From a virus (lineage: Duplodnaviria > Caudoviricetes): a stretch of 57,174 nucleotides of DNA. The stretch lies in IMG/VR virus record IMGVR_UViG_3300049995_000009, positions 1-57,174 of that record; one strand, given 5' to 3'. The notes beneath the pieces were generated by a model. That model saw nothing but the letters and a program-made list of their open reading frames with translations, was not told where the DNA came from and ran no database searches. This document shows positions 17,095-24,959 of this stretch, piece after piece. How positions within the stretch are numbered: position 1 is the first letter of the stretch; each line of letters starts with the position of its first letter. Position numbers and translations under genes: made by a program.

Positions 17095-17205
17095 CCCATT
17101 CGCCCGCTCGTTTAAAATGGCCGCGCGGTGGTCAAGCGCCCCCTAGCCGAAACAACAGGCAATTGCCAGAGATCGGGCGCGGCCTAAAAAATATGGAGGT
17201 ATATC

Positions 17206-17403
17206 ATGCCTAGTTGGTTAATGACTCTCTTGCAGAGTGGCGCGGTATGGAGCGCCTTGATTGCCCTTCTGAATGTCCTCGCCAAGATTTTCTTGCCCAA
17301 CCTGCCCACCGAAGTTGTTGCCGCCGTCAACGCTCTCTTGGTGGTGGTCTTGGCGGCATTGGGTATTAACGTCAATCAGCGTCTTGCCGCGCGCAACAAG
17401 TAG
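17206..17403 (+). CDS. Holin-like 2-TM protein
   Basis: GGAGGT RBS; 2 TM helices; basic C-terminus. Confidence 0.65.
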   Translation: MPSWLMTLLQSGAVWSALIALLNVLAKIFLPNLPTEVVAAVNALLVVVLAALGINVNQRLAARNK

Positions 17404-17408
17404 AATGT

Positions 17409-17436
17409 GGCTCGCCTCATCAGGGGCGAGCCTTTT
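17409..17436 (+). terminator. Intrinsic terminator
   Basis: GGCTCGCC...GGCGAGCC-TTTT. Confidence 0.7.
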
Positions 17437-17444
17437 GATAAAAT

Positions 17445-17774
17445 ATGACACAACCAGAGGTATTGTCATTACTGATTCAAGTTCCCATATTGGGGGCGTT
17501 CATTTGGTTTACATTGCGTTTGTCCTCCGACTTCCGGGCCGATGCGAAGATTCGCGATACACAATGGCAAGATTTCATTAAACAGGAAAATATCTTGTGG
17601 CGCGGATTTGTCCAAGAACTTGTTGAAAAATCCACTGTCGCGGATGACATGGTGAGCCAGCGTCTTTTTGAACTTGTTGGCATTATCAAAGACTTACAAG
17701 GCGATTTCAAAGTACACGATTTGGCAACCGCACGAGCACGAGCGGGTACTCCTCGGGGCAATAATAGTGACTGA
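17445..17774 (+). CDS. Single-TM coiled-coil holin-like protein
   Basis: LLIQVPILGAFIWF TM followed by a coiled coil. Confidence 0.55.
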   Translation: MTQPEVLSLLIQVPILGAFIWFTLRLSSDFRADAKIRDTQWQDFIKQENILWRGFVQELVEKSTVADDMVSQRLFELVGIIKDLQGDFKVHDLATARARAGTPRGNNSD

Positions 17775-18018
17775 CTTGGATGCGCGCCGCGATGAATCTC
17801 TGGTAAGCGTGCAAGATACCTTCGCTATCGAATTCACTATCGCAGAGAACATTCTCAATTATGCGATTCGGCTTGGGGATGCTTACCTGATCGGTGGTGT
17901 CAAAGAACTCATAAATGCCATGCGGGGAGTCCAGGAGGCGGTTAGTCTCAAAGTAGCGCTGAATGGGCTGGCGGTGGAAGACGCAAGAAAATCAGAAGGA
18001 GAAAAGAAAGGGGATTAG
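17767..18018 (+). CDS. Hypothetical protein
   Basis: GTG start overlapping the previous gene end. Confidence 0.5.
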   Translation: MTDLDARRDESLVSVQDTFAIEFTIAENILNYAIRLGDAYLIGGVKELINAMRGVQEAVSLKVALNGLAVEDARKSEGEKKGD

Positions 18019-18021
18019 AAT

Positions 18022-18921
18022 ATGCAACCGACAGGCAGTAGGTTAATCCTGTATGGTGACAAAGACGCCGAGTTTAGTTTGTATGATGTAGCCGATATTC
18101 ATTTCGGTAACAGAGGATGTGCGAAACATGTCTTAGAGCGCGACATGACAAGAATCGCCAAAGACCCGTATTCGTTCTGGGTGTTGGGAGGCGATTACTG
18201 CGACTTCATTGACTGGAACGACGCACGCTTTGACCCGGAGTGTGTTGACGTTGACATGACCGTGAATGATATGGCGGAGTTGGGCGCGTGGCTGGTACGT
18301 GGCGTGATGAAGTTTCTCTTGCCAATCAAAGATAGTTGCTTAGGGGCCGGGATCGGCAACCATGAAAAAAAGTATATGACCGGCAAGGCCCAGGCTGATA
18401 TTCACGAGACGGTATGCAAAGGACTTGAAAGTCCAGACCTGAAGTACAGTGGGTGGTTCGATCTCTATTTTGAGCATCGCCCAGATTTCGCAGGTTGCCA
18501 GCTCATTAAAAACCCCAAGCTGGAACAGATGCGCCAGCCTGGGCAGGTTCGCTTGCGAGTCCTGGTTCACCATGGATTCTCGGCTGCGGCGACAAGCGGC
18601 GGGCGCATGATTGCGCTCAAAAAAGCCTTAGACATGGTGGACGATGCCGATCTTGTTATGCTGGGCCATTTGCATGAGCAGATTGCAAAAACCAATGTTC
18701 GGATAGGGGTAGACGAAACATGCCAGACCTTGAGGGCCAAGTCAAGCATGGGCTTGATTACAGGGACGTATCTCAGGACATACTCAATGAATCAAACCGG
18801 CTACGGCGAGATGAGGGGATACCCACCGACAACGCTGGGCGCAACGCGCGCGGTGTTTATCCCGGCGGAGCGGGTGCTGACTGTCGAGAACAGGGCCGAC
18901 GGGATTGGGATGAGCTTCTAA
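18022..18921 (+). CDS. Calcineurin-like metallophosphoesterase
   Basis: DIH, GDYCD, GNHE, HG and GHLH motifs. Confidence 0.85.
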   Translation: MQPTGSRLILYGDKDAEFSLYDVADIHFGNRGCAKHVLERDMTRIAKDPYSFWVLGGDYCDFIDWNDARFDPECVDVDMTVNDMAELGAWLVRGVMKFLLPIKDSCLGAGIGNHEKKYMTGKAQADIHETVCKGLESPDLKYSGWFDLYFEHRPDFAGCQLIKNPKLEQMRQPGQVRLRVLVHHGFSAAATSGGRMIALKKALDMVDDADLVMLGHLHEQIAKTNVRIGVDETCQTLRAKSSMGLITGTYLRTYSMNQTGYGEMRGYPPTTLGATRAVFIPAERVLTVENRADGIGMSF

Positions 18922-19056
18922 AAGAATTGGAGGTGAAACTTAGGGAAAATACGGAGTTTATGTCATTGTCCCATGTGCCAGTGGCCTTTGAGCCCGCAGC
19001 GCACTTAGAGGACGCGATAAGACTAACACCTATTTCAGCAAACGAAAGGAAATCCG

Positions 19057-19620
19057 ATGTCGTACAAAAGTTTGACCTTCAAGATTCACGGCACAGCATC
19101 TTTACTTATGCACAACGGGCAGACGGCCAATCCGTTGAACGACTTTTCAAAGCAGATGAAAAAGCTATCCAGCAAGCGGAGCAAAACGGAGGAGGATTAC
19201 TTAGAGCTTGCGCGCGTTGAATGGTTTGCGGGCTTGTACCTAAAAAACAAAAAGCCGTGTATTCCCGGTTTCATCATGGAGGCAGTGATGGCGGAAGCCG
19301 CCCGCCGAAGTAAGCGCGGCAAGTTGGCCCTGGCCGGTATCATCGTTCCCGATGATGCGGAATTGATTTATAAGGGGCCGACTGACCTAAACGAGCTGTG
19401 GGAAGATGCGGCATTTAGGCTAACGGCTGCCGTAAAAATCAAAATGATAAAGGTCATGCGCACCCGCCCACGCTTTGATGAATGGTCAGCAGAAATCACG
19501 GTCAAATACGATCCGCGTATTTTGAACGAAGAAGATATAAAAGATATTTTTCAAGTGGCGGGTGATGTGGGGCTCATGGACTGGCGTCCGCGCTGTGGAC
19601 GATTCGAGGTGATTGAATAA
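19057..19620 (+). CDS. Stand-alone Cas7/RAMP-like protein adjacent to a GGY-NN array
   Basis: N-terminal I.G.ASLLMHN, CIPG, RTRPRFDEWSAEITV and C-terminal Gly loop AGDVGLMDWRP..GRFEV; GAAAGGAAA RBS. Confidence 0.7.
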   Translation: MSYKSLTFKIHGTASLLMHNGQTANPLNDFSKQMKKLSSKRSKTEEDYLELARVEWFAGLYLKNKKPCIPGFIMEAVMAEAARRSKRGKLALAGIIVPDDAELIYKGPTDLNELWEDAAFRLTAAVKIKMIKVMRTRPRFDEWSAEITVKYDPRILNEEDIKDIFQVAGDVGLMDWRPRCGRFEVIE

Positions 19621-19621
19621 G

Positions 19622-19887
19622 GGTTCGGCACGGCGAGGCCTGGTAAGATGCGGCGTGACAAGGCCTGGCACGGCAGGGCGCGGCTTGGCGAGGATTTTGA
19701 ATCATCATTGATTCACGCGGCATGGTGAGGCCTGGCGAGGTAAGGCGGGGCTCGGCCGGGCATGGTTTGGCGCGGCATGGCATGGGTAGCATTGAATCAT
19801 TCATTGATTCACACGGCTGGGCGGCGTCAGGCAAGGTACGGCAAGGCGTGGTTCGGCATGGCAGGGCAAGGCTTGGCAGGGCATGGA
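19622..19887 (+). repeat. Non-coding array of three GGY-NN pentamer units separated by conserved hairpins (putative guide RNA array)
   Basis: Units 19622-19691 (14 pentamers), 19719-19783 (13), 19815-19884 (14); hairpins at 19698-19715 and 19793-19811. Confidence 0.85.
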
Positions 19888-19891
19888 TAAA

Positions 19892-21202
19892 ATGAAAGTA
19901 ATTTTACTAGTTCTTGTAGTATTGTTTCTAGTCGTGGATTGCGTTGCTCCACGACCTACGCCAATCACGTCGCCTGTTTCGCCATTGGCGCAACCGTCAT
20001 GGACGCCGATTCCGACGCGCGTCCCGATTGTGGTTGTGCCGGGGAATATGTTACAAGACGCATCTGTTGAAGGCCCATACCACAGCGATGGCGTTCATAG
20101 CGAAGTCAACACGAGTTACGCATGGCGAGCATGGTACAGTTGCAAGGGCGACCTGTCAGTTTGTGTCCCTCCCTGTATACCCGGTTCGCCAGGATGTAAT
20201 ATTCCCTGCCCGTCAAATTGTTCTAACTGCAAAGTTGACTATGGCTGCTACTGGAAGCGCCCAGAGTTCAACCCGTTTTCTTTCGATAAGGCGGCTTATC
20301 GTGTCCACAGTGGAGATATGGCGCAATCTCATTTCACCTATGGCGGAATGGGACTCGGCGGAATCTATCAGACCGTCACCGTCACATTGGGCACTCGGCT
20401 AAGATTCTCAGCATTTATGGAGACCTGGCAATGCTACGACTACGGCGTTGCCTGCGATTGGGGCCGCAAGTCGGATCAGCCAAGCGACATGCACACAAGA
20501 ATCGGGATTGACCCGACGGGCGGAACAGATCCAAACAGCGCCGCTATCGTTTGGTCGCCTGAGAAAGCAGCATTTGACCAATGGGTAGAGTTCTCTGTGA
20601 TAGCACAAGCACAATCAAATAAGGTGACGGTGTTCACGCAATGCGGGCCGACATTCGACTGGGCACGCAAGAACAATGACTGCTACATTGACGACCTGGC
20701 GCTGGTTTCTCTTGACCCTGTGCCGCCGACGCCAACGCCGACTGTAACCAATACGCCGACGCCGACTAAGACGCCGACGATCACGCCAACGGCAAGGCCA
20801 ACTGTGACGCCTGGGGCGACCTGGACGCCGATTCCGGGGATTACTTTGACATGCCAATTGACCCTGACGCAGCGTGTGTATGTGCTGTTGCCGCCCAATG
20901 CTGGCCCAGCTTGGATAACTGCAACCGCGCCGATACTTGCGCAACTGGGATGGAGCATTGGCTATAGCGCCGTTGATGCCTGTCTCAATTCGTGCGGCGG
21001 GCGGGTGACACTGGCAGTGAACGCGCAAGATTGGGGCTGCAACTTGGCTAAAGCCTGCGTCCCGTCTTGTGGCAATTCAGCGTATGTGCCACTCTCGGCA
21101 GAGACGCCACAAGACCTGGCGCTGGCGCTGGAGCGTTACCCGGCATGGTTGCATGAGGCGAAAGTGTTTGGATTGTGCTTGCCATTAATGATGAGGCCAT
21201 GA
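19892..21202 (+). CDS. Secreted/lipoprotein with CBM-like domain, PT-rich linker and C-terminal LPLxxR motif
   Basis: Signal peptide ending in Cys; IGIDPTGGTDP...WS motif; PTPT linker; CLPLMMRP tail. Confidence 0.7.
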   Translation: MKVILLVLVVLFLVVDCVAPRPTPITSPVSPLAQPSWTPIPTRVPIVVVPGNMLQDASVEGPYHSDGVHSEVNTSYAWRAWYSCKGDLSVCVPPCIPGSPGCNIPCPSNCSNCKVDYGCYWKRPEFNPFSFDKAAYRVHSGDMAQSHFTYGGMGLGGIYQTVTVTLGTRLRFSAFMETWQCYDYGVACDWGRKSDQPSDMHTRIGIDPTGGTDPNSAAIVWSPEKAAFDQWVEFSVIAQAQSNKVTVFTQCGPTFDWARKNNDCYIDDLALVSLDPVPPTPTPTVTNTPTPTKTPTITPTARPTVTPGATWTPIPGITLTCQLTLTQRVYVLLPPNAGPAWITATAPILAQLGWSIGYSAVDACLNSCGGRVTLAVNAQDWGCNLAKACVPSCGNSAYVPLSAETPQDLALALERYPAWLHEAKVFGLCLPLMMRP

Positions 21203-21203
21203 C

Positions 21204-21857
21204 ATGACTGACGAACCGAAAGTTGTCAATGAATATTACAGGCGACAAATCGCCTCTATTCGCGCCATACTGGACGATATGGATGCAGTGCTAGAGAAGG
21301 ATGTTACTGGCGCAGGAATTCCATGTCATCCGTGGTCACAACTAGACCCGCGCTGGGGCGATGATTTGCTCGGCCTGGCTACCGACAGGCGATATACCCT
21401 CGCCGCTTATGGCTGTCTCTTGACGTGCTTTGCAACGGCGACAGAGATGAATCCTGCCGAGTTGAATGAATGGCTTAAACAGCGCAAGGCATTTGTGGAC
21501 AATGGTGAGGGACAATTCAATCTGATTATTTTAGACAGTTTCGCGCCATTGGGGTTTCGCCTAGCCAAAGATGTTTGGTGCTTGAAACTTACCGCTCCCG
21601 TTGCCGATGCTTCTCAATGTTTGGCGAGCGGTGGATTAATCATTGTGGGTGTCAGTCACTTGGGTATCACAGATAAGGTGCAACACTACATTCGCATCAC
21701 AAAACTTTCCGCCGATGGCGATACGGTAGAGATTATAGACCCGCTGCGCAATCCAGGCGATGAGGTCGTTTCTGGCGTGGCACAGTATGGCAACAAGTGG
21801 GGCAATGACCCGGCGCATGTGTTTTTGCGCGTCTTGTTCTATGAGGCGGTGAAATGA
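21204..21857 (+). CDS. C39-like cysteine peptidase, probable endolysin
   Basis: SQLDPRW, GCLLTC, QHY and IIDP (papain-fold Q/C/H/D residues). Confidence 0.75.
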   Translation: MTDEPKVVNEYYRRQIASIRAILDDMDAVLEKDVTGAGIPCHPWSQLDPRWGDDLLGLATDRRYTLAAYGCLLTCFATATEMNPAELNEWLKQRKAFVDNGEGQFNLIILDSFAPLGFRLAKDVWCLKLTAPVADASQCLASGGLIIVGVSHLGITDKVQHYIRITKLSADGDTVEIIDPLRNPGDEVVSGVAQYGNKWGNDPAHVFLRVLFYEAVK

Positions 21858-22183
21858 CGCAACTACTTGAAAGCGACGTGGTAACCGCCCTGGACGAAGT
21901 CAAGGCTAGTTGCAGTACACAAACTTATGAACTACTGGAAGCTGTACTAACGAGTCAGGCACGCTTGATCGAGAGATTGCAGCGCGACAATATCACGATG
22001 AAAGAGAATGCTGGCTCGGCTTATTTCAATGTCATTTCATATAAGCCAACGGATACGCCAAGCGAAGTGGCGCATACAAAAGGTGATGATGAAGGCGCGG
22101 AGCGATGGCGGCCTTCTGGTGCATACGGTCTATCGTCAACGGGGCGAGATATTGGCTACACTGAGCAAAGCGTAACGGGATAA
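21854..22183 (+). CDS. Hypothetical protein
   Basis: ATGA-coupled. Confidence 0.55.
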   Translation: MTQLLESDVVTALDEVKASCSTQTYELLEAVLTSQARLIERLQRDNITMKENAGSAYFNVISYKPTDTPSEVAHTKGDDEGAERWRPSGAYGLSSTGRDIGYTEQSVTG

Positions 22184-22185
22184 AC

Positions 22186-23277
22186 ATGATGACTGACGCA
22201 ATCGAGTGGACGCCGGTTGTCGTGAGGTTGGGCAGTCTGTCGCATTGGGCAGAGAATCCCGTCACGCTGACGAAGGCGCAAGCCAGGAAGTTGCTAAGGT
22301 CAACAGAGAAGTTAGGCCGTATGCAAACGCTCGCAATCGGCCCGACGAATGGAGATGGCAAGCATCCGCTCTATGATGGGCACCAGCGTGTCAACGTCTG
22401 GGGCGGCGCGTTCGGCATGGACTTGCAGGTAAACGCGCTGCAATCATCGCGCCCGCTGACCGACGATGAACGGCACGCAGTCCCGGTCATGCTGCGCACG
22501 GCAACTGGTTCGCTTGATTGGGATGTGCTGTCTAGTTGGCCCGCCGAGAGCCTGACGCAATGGGGCATGGATGACAACCTGCTTACCGACTGGAAGCGCG
22601 ATATTGCGGCGTTGGGCAATCTGATTGAGAGCGAGGAGGCGGATACAGAAGAGACGCGGATAGGTCACGAGGGCCGTTTATATAATGCTGGCGAGGGACA
22701 TGAAATCGAACCGTTCAAACTCGCTTACAGAGTAGAAGCTATCTACAAGTCGCGCGGCAAACTTGCGCTTGATTTATTTTCTGGTGCTGGACAATTGGCG
22801 GCGTGGTATCGCAGACGATTTGAGCGCATTGTCACGGTTGACAAAAACTATGATGTGGGCGATGTAGATTATAGCATGTCCGCTCTATCGTTTATTAAGA
22901 ATCTTTTGCGGAATTATCTTGATTTTGACTTTGTAGACCTTGATGACGAAGGTTGTCCGCACGAGGAAATCAAAGCCTTGTTTGCTTTCCTGTCTGGAAA
23001 AAAGGCAGACTCTTTTGTGTTGGCGTTGACAGATGGGCAGGGCTTGAATTTGAAGTGTAGAGGGCATTTCAATCCAGAGACATATTTGCTAGATGGGGAG
23101 CAGCGGAAGGCAACACAAGAGGATTATGAGCGATTCGAGGAGATGGTAACTGGATTTATTGAACGATGTGCGAATCGGAACGGTTTTGCGGGCACGCAAT
23201 TATCAAGTTATCGCGGGCGCGAGGGCAATGTGGTGTATCAGACCTGGCTTATAGAAACTCTGCCAAGTCTCGCTTGA
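22186..23277 (+). CDS. ParB-like N-terminal domain fused to a SAM-binding methyltransferase-like domain
   Basis: W.ENP...LYDGHQR (ParB/Srx); LDLFSGAG and DFVDLD. Confidence 0.75.
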   Translation: MMTDAIEWTPVVVRLGSLSHWAENPVTLTKAQARKLLRSTEKLGRMQTLAIGPTNGDGKHPLYDGHQRVNVWGGAFGMDLQVNALQSSRPLTDDERHAVPVMLRTATGSLDWDVLSSWPAESLTQWGMDDNLLTDWKRDIAALGNLIESEEADTEETRIGHEGRLYNAGEGHEIEPFKLAYRVEAIYKSRGKLALDLFSGAGQLAAWYRRRFERIVTVDKNYDVGDVDYSMSALSFIKNLLRNYLDFDFVDLDDEGCPHEEIKALFAFLSGKKADSFVLALTDGQGLNLKCRGHFNPETYLLDGEQRKATQEDYERFEEMVTGFIERCANRNGFAGTQLSSYRGREGNVVYQTWLIETLPSLA

Positions 23278-24025
23278 TGTAATACTGTCGATCAACTGAA
23301 TTGGCCGACTTGACCGCATCGGGATTTGTTTGGCGGCGATAGCCGAGAGACTCTAACAACTGAATAGCCGAGCATCCAAATGAGCGCCAATCAATCATCT
23401 TGGCAATCGGGTGATAGTTCATTTTGCCGACTTTGAACAAGTCTACAAAGTTATGCGTGCGTCGAATGAGTTCTAGCGATTCTTGTGGATCAATGACCGG
23501 CTCAAGGCTGACCCAGGTCGGGATTCCGGTTTGATGAAATGCAGAGATTGCATAGATGCGGTCGGCTGGTGATGCGGCTCTCGGTTCCCATTCTAGCCAA
23601 CGGTCATCGTCGCCTGTGAATGTGAGTGTTGTTGCAAACGCATCGCCAGGGCGGAATAGATCAATGTCACGCAGAGCGCGCGTACCGCCTTTGGTCAGTG
23701 TGCAAGTTCTGAATCCGTGGCGATGCAATGTCACAATGGTCTTGCGCGTGGTTTGTTCTTTTACATCTAAATGCTGATATGGGTCACAGGTGAATGACAA
23801 GAGCACCTGCCCATGCTTGCCAAGCCTTGATAGTTGCGCCGCTTCTTTTTCGAGTAGCGCGTCAAAGTTCTTGCGCGGCTTGCTGATTGAGAAATCGGGG
23901 CGCTCTTTGAATGTTGCGGAGGGAGCATAACAATAGATGCAAGCGTGGTCACAACCTGCGTATGGATTGCAGGCGAGCGCGGCATACTCGCGGGCACGGC
24001 CCGCTGGCTCATAGATAAGAGGCAT
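23249..24025 (-). CDS. Radical SAM protein (SPL/DUF5131-like clade)
   Basis: NPYAGCDHACIYCYA, CDPYQ, LTKGG and WVSLEPV. Confidence 0.85.
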   Translation of the reverse strand: MPLIYEPAGRAREYAALACNPYAGCDHACIYCYAPSATFKERPDFSISKPRKNFDALLEKEAAQLSRLGKHGQVLLSFTCDPYQHLDVKEQTTRKTIVTLHRHGFRTCTLTKGGTRALRDIDLFRPGDAFATTLTFTGDDDRWLEWEPRAASPADRIYAISAFHQTGIPTWVSLEPVIDPQESLELIRRTHNFVDLFKVGKMNYHPIAKMIDWRSFGCSAIQLLESLGYRRQTNPDAVKSANSVDRQYYIKRDLAEFL

Positions 24026-24071
24026 TTTTTATCCTGGCAGTGGTGACGGGATGCCAGCCCGATGGCGGTGA

Positions 24072-24278
24072 CTATGTGAGCGACTCGTTGCATTTGGGAC
24101 ACCGGTCGCCCTTTACGAACTTTCCGCCTGGGCCGGTTCCCTTTCCGCTCCATCCGCAAGAGCAATCTGGCAACTCTGCGGTGCTGGCCGTTACATCGTT
24201 TTTTCCAGCAAAGTATCCATGAAGCGGACAATTGTTATCGTCGCCTTGATACTTTTTGCAAGTACATTTTTTGCTCAT
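24072..24278 (-). CDS. Small Zn-binding protein
   Basis: CTC...CPLHG; CSCGW...CPKC; AAAGGA RBS. Confidence 0.55.
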   Translation of the reverse strand: MSKKCTCKKYQGDDNNCPLHGYFAGKNDVTASTAELPDCSCGWSGKGTGPGGKFVKGDRCPKCNESLT

Positions 24279-24304
24279 TTTCCTGTTCCTTTGAGAAATG
24301 GAGC

Positions 24305-24433
24305 GGCCCGTCTCGGATTGTGCGCCTGCTGAGGACACACCGCCGAAACGGGCCACATGGGAAATAAAAACGCGCCAACTCGGTTTTGTGTCCTCAGCAC
24401 AGATAGCATAGCACGAATCGGGCTGTGTGTCAA
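24305..24433 (-). promoter_or_regulatory. Leftward promoter plus a leader with alternative pairings
   Basis: TTGACA-17 bp-TATGCT (24433-24405); 13-bp inverted repeat 24327-39/24387-99 interleaved with stem 24305-16/24343-54. Confidence 0.65.
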
Positions 24434-24452
24434 CAAGGTGTAACTATTCATT

Positions 24453-24959
24453 ATGGAAAGTAATAACGACAGTTCTACAGCGAGAAACAGAGGCGGGAAA
24501 CCATTTATAAAGGGCGATCCACGTATAAATCGCAAGGGCCGACCCAAATCATTTGATGCTCTGCGCGAACTCGCCAAGCAGATAGCGCATGAGGTCGCCA
24601 CGGCAAAAGATGAGCATGGCGTTATACAACCCATCATCATGGATGGTCACAAAGTCACAAATGCCGAGATGGTGATGCGAGCATGGCTGAAGTCGGGCAA
24701 GCCGCAATTGCAGCAGGGCTTTATTGAGATTGCGTTCGGCAAAGTGCCGACGCCGATTGAAATACGCGACTGGCGAGAGGCGGCAAAAGCAAGTGGTATT
24801 GAGAATCCAGATGAGGCGTTGAATGAAATCGTCGGTATCATCGCTGCCCGTATGGCAAGAGCAAATGATAGCGGAGGCGATAGAGAAGGCGAAGGCACTG
24901 AGACCACGATTAGTGAAACAGTGGCGGCCCCGTCCAACGCAGACGCCGCCGCCGGGTAA
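24453..24959 (+). CDS. terS: Terminase small subunit
   Basis: FIKGDPRINRKGRPK motif; directly upstream of TerL. Confidence 0.75.
   Translation: MESNNDSSTARNRGGKPFIKGDPRINRKGRPKSFDALRELAKQIAHEVATAKDEHGVIQPIIMDGHKVTNAEMVMRAWLKSGKPQLQQGFIEIAFGKVPTPIEIRDWREAAKASGIENPDEALNEIVGIIAARMARANDSGGDREGEGTETTISETVAAPSNADAAAG

Noticed and set aside
19574-19834. Minus-strand 86-aa ORF (MPDAAQPC...)
   Set aside because: Pro/Arg/Cys-rich shadow of the 5-nt periodic array. A period of 5 is incompatible with codon structure, and there is no RBS.
19622-19884. Self-target of the NN strings within this window
   Set aside because: Spot checks by eye gave only short partial matches (e.g. ATGACTGA at gene starts). 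An exhaustive gapped search needs computation, so no target is claimed.
19622-19887. Canonical CRISPR array
   Set aside because: Only two 18-19 bp hairpin repeats; the intervening units are themselves periodic; no cas1/cas2 or leader.
20722-20832. CCGACG-type repeats
   Set aside because: Degenerate coding repeat for a Pro-Thr linker.
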